Assembly: GCA_963667175.2 (NCBI GenBank)
Contig: CAXXXF010000015.1
Location: 640,001-704,000, forward strand
From: Candidatus Latescibacterota bacterium
GTDB taxonomy: Bacteria > Latescibacterota > UBA2968 > GCA-2709665
Reading direction: 5' to 3'
DNA length: 64,000 nt
Below the pieces are notes generated by a model, which saw nothing but the letters and a program-made list of their open reading frames with translations, ran no database searches and was not told the origin of the DNA. The position numbers were made by a program, and so were the translations under genes. Below are positions 59,408-64,000 of this stretch, in pieces. How positions within the stretch are numbered: position 1 is the first letter of the stretch; every line of letters begins with the position of its first letter.

Positions 59408-62400
59408 TTACTCCGAATCCGAACCGCCGAAGCGGGTCCGGATATATTCCCGGGTACTTTCTGCCGAGAGCTTAACGGTTCCCGGGCCGCTGCGAATGAA
59501 AAAGTCGCCGCCGTCTTCCTTTTCAAGATCCTTCCACGAGAGGAACACCGGTTCCGGGCTCCGCTGGCAACTCACCACGCAGACTTCCTTGCCGTCGACA
59601 ATCTGTACTTCCGGATCGATGCAGGCGCCGGCGCGATCGCCGAGACCGTTTCGCACAACCTGTGCGAGATGGAGCATGAACTTGTCTCGCGTGTCGAGCC
59701 GGTCACGTTCTATGCCAACGGCCGTACCGTCGTCGGCAACGCCGATCAGCAGGTCTCCGCCCTCCGTGTTGAGGAAGGCAGCGATCGTCTTGATCGCCGC
59801 GTGGGTGACGCGTTTGTCGTCTTTCCGGTCTTCTTTCAGGTTCCAGCGCAGCGTGGACTTGAACTCCAGGGTCTTCGACTCGCCCTGTTTGATGAGGTCC
59901 TCGGCGCTACGGTGGGTGCGGACGTATTGATCGAACAGAATGTCCTTGATAACCTCGCCAAAAGCACGGTCATCGGTGATGCGCTTGTACAGATCGAAGT
60001 TGGAATCTACGATCTCCTGGATAACCTCCTCAACCTTGTGATCGAAGGTCAATCGGACGTTCTCGCGGGTATTCAAGCGCGCGGCGGCGCCAAGCGCCGC
60101 GTCGTCCGAGAGCCTGTCCATCATCTGACCGAGCGTGGCGCGGTGCTCCGGTCCCAGTTCGGCCCCGAAGCGTTCGTTCAGTTCGGCGATGATCCGCGAC
60201 AGGGTCTCCATTTCTTCTTCCTGTAACCCGTGTGTGTCCTTTGTGCCGACAGGCTCGAGATTCGTTGTCCCTTGATGGAGATTGATTCGGCCTTTACGGG
60301 TTTCCTGGATTCGGTACGACTCCATGTCGATGTTCTGCTGAACCTCAAGCGGCAGCACGGCCCGGACCATTGGCAACAGGCGGCGCAAGTGTCTCGAAAA
60401 GACGTACAGCTTCTCCAGATCAACGTCGTTGAACGGCAATATCTGCGCGAGAAACGCGTAGAGCCGCACATAGTCGACGAGCCGGCCCCGGAAGTCCATT
60501 TTTTCGGGTTCATCCAGGTCCGAAAAACGGTCGACAACGGGCTTGAGCACGGCATGAAGCCGGTCCTGTTTCGCGTTGCTGTCGAAGAAGACTCTGGCGA
60601 ATTCGTCCACGTCGCCCTGATCGTATACCGGATAGTCGGCCAGGCGAGTCTGGATCTCGTAGAGCAGGTTGGGATCGGTCGCCTCCGACAGCAGGGTCGT
60701 TTCGAAATAGGGCATGAAGGACTCTTTAATGTCATCGGCATCGTTGGCGAAATCGAGCACCATTGTGCCGTCTTTACCCGGTTCTGTGCGGTTAATCCGG
60801 GAAAGCGTCTGCACCGCGTTCACGCCGCCCAGTTTCTTGTCGACGTACATGGTGTGCAGAAGCGGCTGGTCGAAACCGGTCTGGAATTTGTTCGCACAGA
60901 TCAGGAATCGATATTCCGGCGCCTTGAACGTCCTGGCGGTCTGCGCCTCGGAAACGCCGTTCATGCCCGGCTCGGTATAAGACTGACCGCCGTCCTCGAC
61001 GGCGCCGGAGAACGCAACCAGCGCTTTAAACGGGTACCCCAGCTCGGTGAGATAATTCTCCACTGCGAGTTTGAACCGCACGGCGTGCAATCGGGAGCGG
61101 GTGACGATCATCGCCTTCGCCTTGCCGTGGATCCGGCTTTGCGCGTGGTCGGCGAAGTGGTCGACCATGATTCGGACCTTCTGTTCAATGGCATGCGGGT
61201 GCAGATCGACAAATGATTTGAGCAGATACGTCGCCTTCTGCCTGTCGTAGCGAGGATCGTCTTCTACCGTCTTCAACAGCCGCCAATACGATCTGTACGT
61301 GGTGTAGTTCTCCAGGACGTCGAGGATGAACCCCTCTTCGATCGCCTGGCGCATGCTGTACAGATGAAACGGTTCGAACGATCCGTCCGGACGGCGTGTG
61401 CCGAACAGCTCCAGCGTCCTGGATTTCGGGGTCGCGGTGAAGGCAAAGGTCGATAGATTGGGCAGGTACCCGCGCTTCTCCATTTCCTCAAGGATCGCGT
61501 TTTCAAGTTCCTCTTCCGGTGTTTCGGCTCCTGATTCCTCATCCTCCGCCTCCTTGAGAGAATCGGAAGCCAGTACCGCCTTCAGGCTCTTCGTACTCTC
61601 CCCCGACTGCGACGAATGCGCTTCGTCGACAATCAGGGCGAACCGCTTGCCGGGCAACTGACCGATTTCCTCAGCGATCACCGGAAATTTCTGCAACGTG
61701 GTGACGATGATTGTCTTCCCGGATTCAAGCGCCTCTTTGAGCTGGCGCGAGGTCGTATCGATGTTTTCCACAACCCCCAGGGTCTGCTCGAACTGGCGCA
61801 TTGCGGCCTGGAGGGCGCGGTCGAGCACGCGCCGGTCCGTGATCACCACAATCGAATCGAAAGCGCGCCGGTCTTCCACGTCGTGCAACGTGGACAGCTG
61901 GTGGGCGAGCCAGGCGATGGTGAACGTCTTGCCGCTTCCGGCCGAGTGCTGGATGAGATAGCGCTGTCCGGCGCCCGCCCGTCGAGCATGAGAAATGAGC
62001 TTACGCACACAATCGAGTTGCTGGTAGCGCGGGAAGATCAGCGACTTTCTGCCGGTCTTGCGGCCGTTCTCGTCTTCCTCCTCGACTTCGTGGATGAACT
62101 GACGCACCAGGTCCAGCACGCTGTCCCGCGACCAGGTCTCCTCCCAGAGGTACGACGTGGCATAGCCGGATTGCGTGGGCGGCACGGGTGGGTTGCCCGC
62201 TCCGCCGTTGTTGCCCTGGTTAAACGGAAGAAAGCGTGTCTTTGCGCCGGCAAGTCGGGTGGTTACGTAGACGAGTTCCGGATCGACCGCGAAATGCGCC
62301 AGGCAGCGGCCATAGCCCAACAGCGGCTCCCCGCGGGGGTCGCGGTCCGTCTTGTACTGGCGGATTGCGTCCTCGACGGATTGACCGCTGAGCAGGTTTT

Positions 62401-62944
62401 TGAGTTCGGCGGTGAAAATGGGGATGCCGTTCAGGAACAGGACCAGATCCAGGCTCTTCTCATTCTTCGCGCTGTAACGTATCTGGCGGACAACCGTGAA
62501 AAAGTTGGCCATATACAGTTGGCGCGTCTCCTCGTTGAGCCCGCTGGCCGGCCGGAAGTATGCCAGTCGGAACGTGCAGCCCATATCCTTGATGCCGTTC
62601 CGAAGGACGTGGAGAACGCCGCGGCGGTCGATTTCCGACGCCAGGCGTCTGAGAAAGCGATCTCTGACTTCGGCGCCGTAGTGATGGGACAGCTTCTTCC
62701 ATTCCTTCGGCTGAGTTGCGATAATGAAATTGAGAACGTCTCTGGGCAGAAGGCAGAGTGTGCGGTCGTAGTCCTCTGGCTTTCCCTTGAAGTAGCCGCC
62801 GGGTTCCATTCCCTGGCCGCCGATAGGCAACCGGCCTTCACGCACACCGGATGGAAAACCTCCTGACCCATCCTTACCGTGGCCGAGCAATGTCGCCTCA
62901 ATGGCGTCTTCGAACGCTTTTTCAGAAACAACGGGACTCATCAT
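59408..62944 (-). CDS. hsdR: Type I restriction endonuclease subunit R fused to a C-terminal Schlafen/AlbA_2 domain
   Basis: Nuclease DLVLFLNGIPIFTAELKN, QHSAGSGKT, IVDEAHSSQ, FTATP, KFQTGFDQP, VQTLSRINR; C-terminal GESKTLEFKS...AAFLNTEGG.LLIGVADDG. Confidence 0.95.
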   Translation of the reverse strand: MMSPVVSEKAFEDAIEATLLGHGKDGSGGFPSGVREGRLPIGGQGMEPGGYFKGKPEDYDRTLCLLPRDVLNFIIATQPKEWKKLSHHYGAEVRDRFLRRLASEIDRRGVLHVLRNGIKDMGCTFRLAYFRPASGLNEETRQLYMANFFTVVRQIRYSAKNEKSLDLVLFLNGIPIFTAELKNLLSGQSVEDAIRQYKTDRDPRGEPLLGYGRCLAHFAVDPELVYVTTRLAGAKTRFLPFNQGNNGGAGNPPVPPTQSGYATSYLWEETWSRDSVLDLVRQFIHEVEEEDENGRKTGRKSLIFPRYQQLDCVRKLISHARRAGAGQRYLIQHSAGSGKTFTIAWLAHQLSTLHDVEDRRAFDSIVVITDRRVLDRALQAAMRQFEQTLGVVENIDTTSRQLKEALESGKTIIVTTLQKFPVIAEEIGQLPGKRFALIVDEAHSSQSGESTKSLKAVLASDSLKEAEDEESGAETPEEELENAILEEMEKRGYLPNLSTFAFTATPKSRTLELFGTRRPDGSFEPFHLYSMRQAIEEGFILDVLENYTTYRSYWRLLKTVEDDPRYDRQKATYLLKSFVDLHPHAIEQKVRIMVDHFADHAQSRIHGKAKAMIVTRSRLHAVRFKLAVENYLTELGYPFKALVAFSGAVEDGGQSYTEPGMNGVSEAQTARTFKAPEYRFLICANKFQTGFDQPLLHTMYVDKKLGGVNAVQTLSRINRTEPGKDGTMVLDFANDADDIKESFMPYFETTLLSEATDPNLLYEIQTRLADYPVYDQGDVDEFARVFFDSNAKQDRLHAVLKPVVDRFSDLDEPEKMDFRGRLVDYVRLYAFLAQILPFNDVDLEKLYVFSRHLRRLLPMVRAVLPLEVQQNIDMESYRIQETRKGRINLHQGTTNLEPVGTKDTHGLQEEEMETLSRIIAELNERFGAELGPEHRATLGQMMDRLSDDAALGAAARLNTRENVRLTFDHKVEEVIQEIVDSNFDLYKRITDDRAFGEVIKDILFDQYVRTHRSAEDLIKQGESKTLEFKSTLRWNLKEDRKDDKRVTHAAIKTIAAFLNTEGGDLLIGVADDGTAVGIERDRLDTRDKFMLHLAQVVRNGLGDRAGACIDPEVQIVDGKEVCVVSCQRSPEPVFLSWKDLEKEDGGDFFIRSGPGTVKLSAESTREYIRTRFGGSDSE

Positions 62945-64000
62945 GCGACTCGTGAAGGCATTGTGGTTTTCGTTTCGTCCTCTTCCGCGGCAGCCGGCGC
63001 ATCAAGGATATCGAGCACCGCGTCCGCACAATATACACGGTTTCGCTTTGCGTCGCCAAACGGCGTGACAATTCCTGCCGATCGCAACCGGTCGACGGCG
63101 CGCCGGGCCGTCGTATACGCCACCCCCAGCTTCGATGCGAGCATGGGGACGTTCCAGAACGGGAATTCGACGAACAGTTCCAGAACCTTCTCCAGATTCG
63201 CCGATCTGGCGCCGGCGAACTGATCCGACCAGAGGCGGAACAATTCGTCGATGCGTCGGATCCGAAGAATGGCGTCTTCGGCCTGCTCTGCAACACCGCG
63301 CAGAAAGTACACCAGCCACGCCTCCAACGCTCCGTCCCGGGTCACCCTTAGCAGGTGTTCATAGTACTCCTGACGCGTCGATTCAAAGTACGGGCTCAGG
63401 TAAAGCACCGGTGCGGGCAGGACCCGTCGCGCGACAAGTAGCATGGAAATGAGCATGCGCCCGACGCGCCCATTCCCGTCGAGGAACGGATGGATGGCCT
63501 CGAACTGCGAGTGCATCAGGGCGGCGTGGACGAGAGGAGGGAGTGATTCGTCGTGAAGAAAGCGCTCCCACGCGCCCAGGCATCCCATCAGTTCATCCGG
63601 AGGCGGCGGCACGTACGTGGCATTGGTCAGCACCGCCCCGGGCGGGCCAATCCAGTTCTGGCCGCGGCGAAACTCACCAGGAGTTGCCCTTTCGCCACGC
63701 ACACCGTGCATAAGGCGCTCGTGCAATTCCCGAACCAGCCGTAACGAAAGCGGAAGCGTTTCCAGACGAGCGATACCGTAGTCCAACGCCACGATATAGT
63801 TCGCCACCTCTTCCAACTCTTCCGCGCTTCGTTCTACCCTCGCTCCGGCATCTACAGCGAACAATTCGCCCAGAGAAACCTGCGTCCCCTCGATGCGGCT
63901 GGAGAGCACGGCTTCCTTGAACAGGAACGACCGGGTCAAGAGATATGGAACCGGCATCCGCCTGCCTTCGCCCTGCCTCGCCGGCCGACAGGCCGCAAGA
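62941..64000 (-). CDS. Fic family protein (start lies beyond the window)
   Basis: EAVLSSRIEGT, PGEFR, HPFLDGNGRVGR Fic motif, C-terminal HTH; frame open to the window edge; ATGA overlap with hsdR. Confidence 0.92.
   Translation of the reverse strand, partial: LAACRPARQGEGRRMPVPYLLTRSFLFKEAVLSSRIEGTQVSLGELFAVDAGARVERSAEELEEVANYIVALDYGIARLETLPLSLRLVRELHERLMHGVRGERATPGEFRRGQNWIGPPGAVLTNATYVPPPPDELMGCLGAWERFLHDESLPPLVHAALMHSQFEAIHPFLDGNGRVGRMLISMLLVARRVLPAPVLYLSPYFESTRQEYYEHLLRVTRDGALEAWLVYFLRGVAEQAEDAILRIRRIDELFRLWSDQFAGARSANLEKVLELFVEFPFWNVPMLASKLGVAYTTARRAVDRLRSAGIVTPFGDAKRNRVYCADAVLDILDAPAAAEEDETKTTMPSRVA

Overview
Replication-origin region of a high-GC diderm bacterium, followed by housekeeping genes and two defence-rich accessory blocks. 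Left (1-19 kb): partial mfd, tRNA-Asp, hom, then gyrA-gyrB-DUF721-recF-dnaN-[DnaA-box cluster, likely oriC]-dnaA diverging from rpmH-rnpA-yidC-mnmE-rsmG. Two perfect parS sites are present, one inside a coding sequence. Middle (19-39 kb): an XRE-HTH/methylmalonyl-CoA mutase fusion with mce, assorted enzymes, serS, hemE-hemH-hemG, clpP and sat, with intergenic spaces full of short repeat families. Right: an AT-richer ~12 kb island bounded by direct copies of the 3' end of a dinJ-like antitoxin gene. It carries an Ssp-type DNA phosphorothioation module (cysteine desulfurase, DUF4007, ATPase, PAPS-reductase family) but no SspE; instead it has a GIY-YIG nuclease, a DGQHR/DndB-like protein and a large GHKL ATPase. 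This is the best candidate for an undescribed defence system. After it come an Omp85/PD40 protein, an MFS transporter, an odd voltage-gated channel, a decayed vapBC, and Fic plus a type I HsdR fused to a Schlafen/AlbA_2 domain. All family calls come from motif recognition by eye; no database searches were run.
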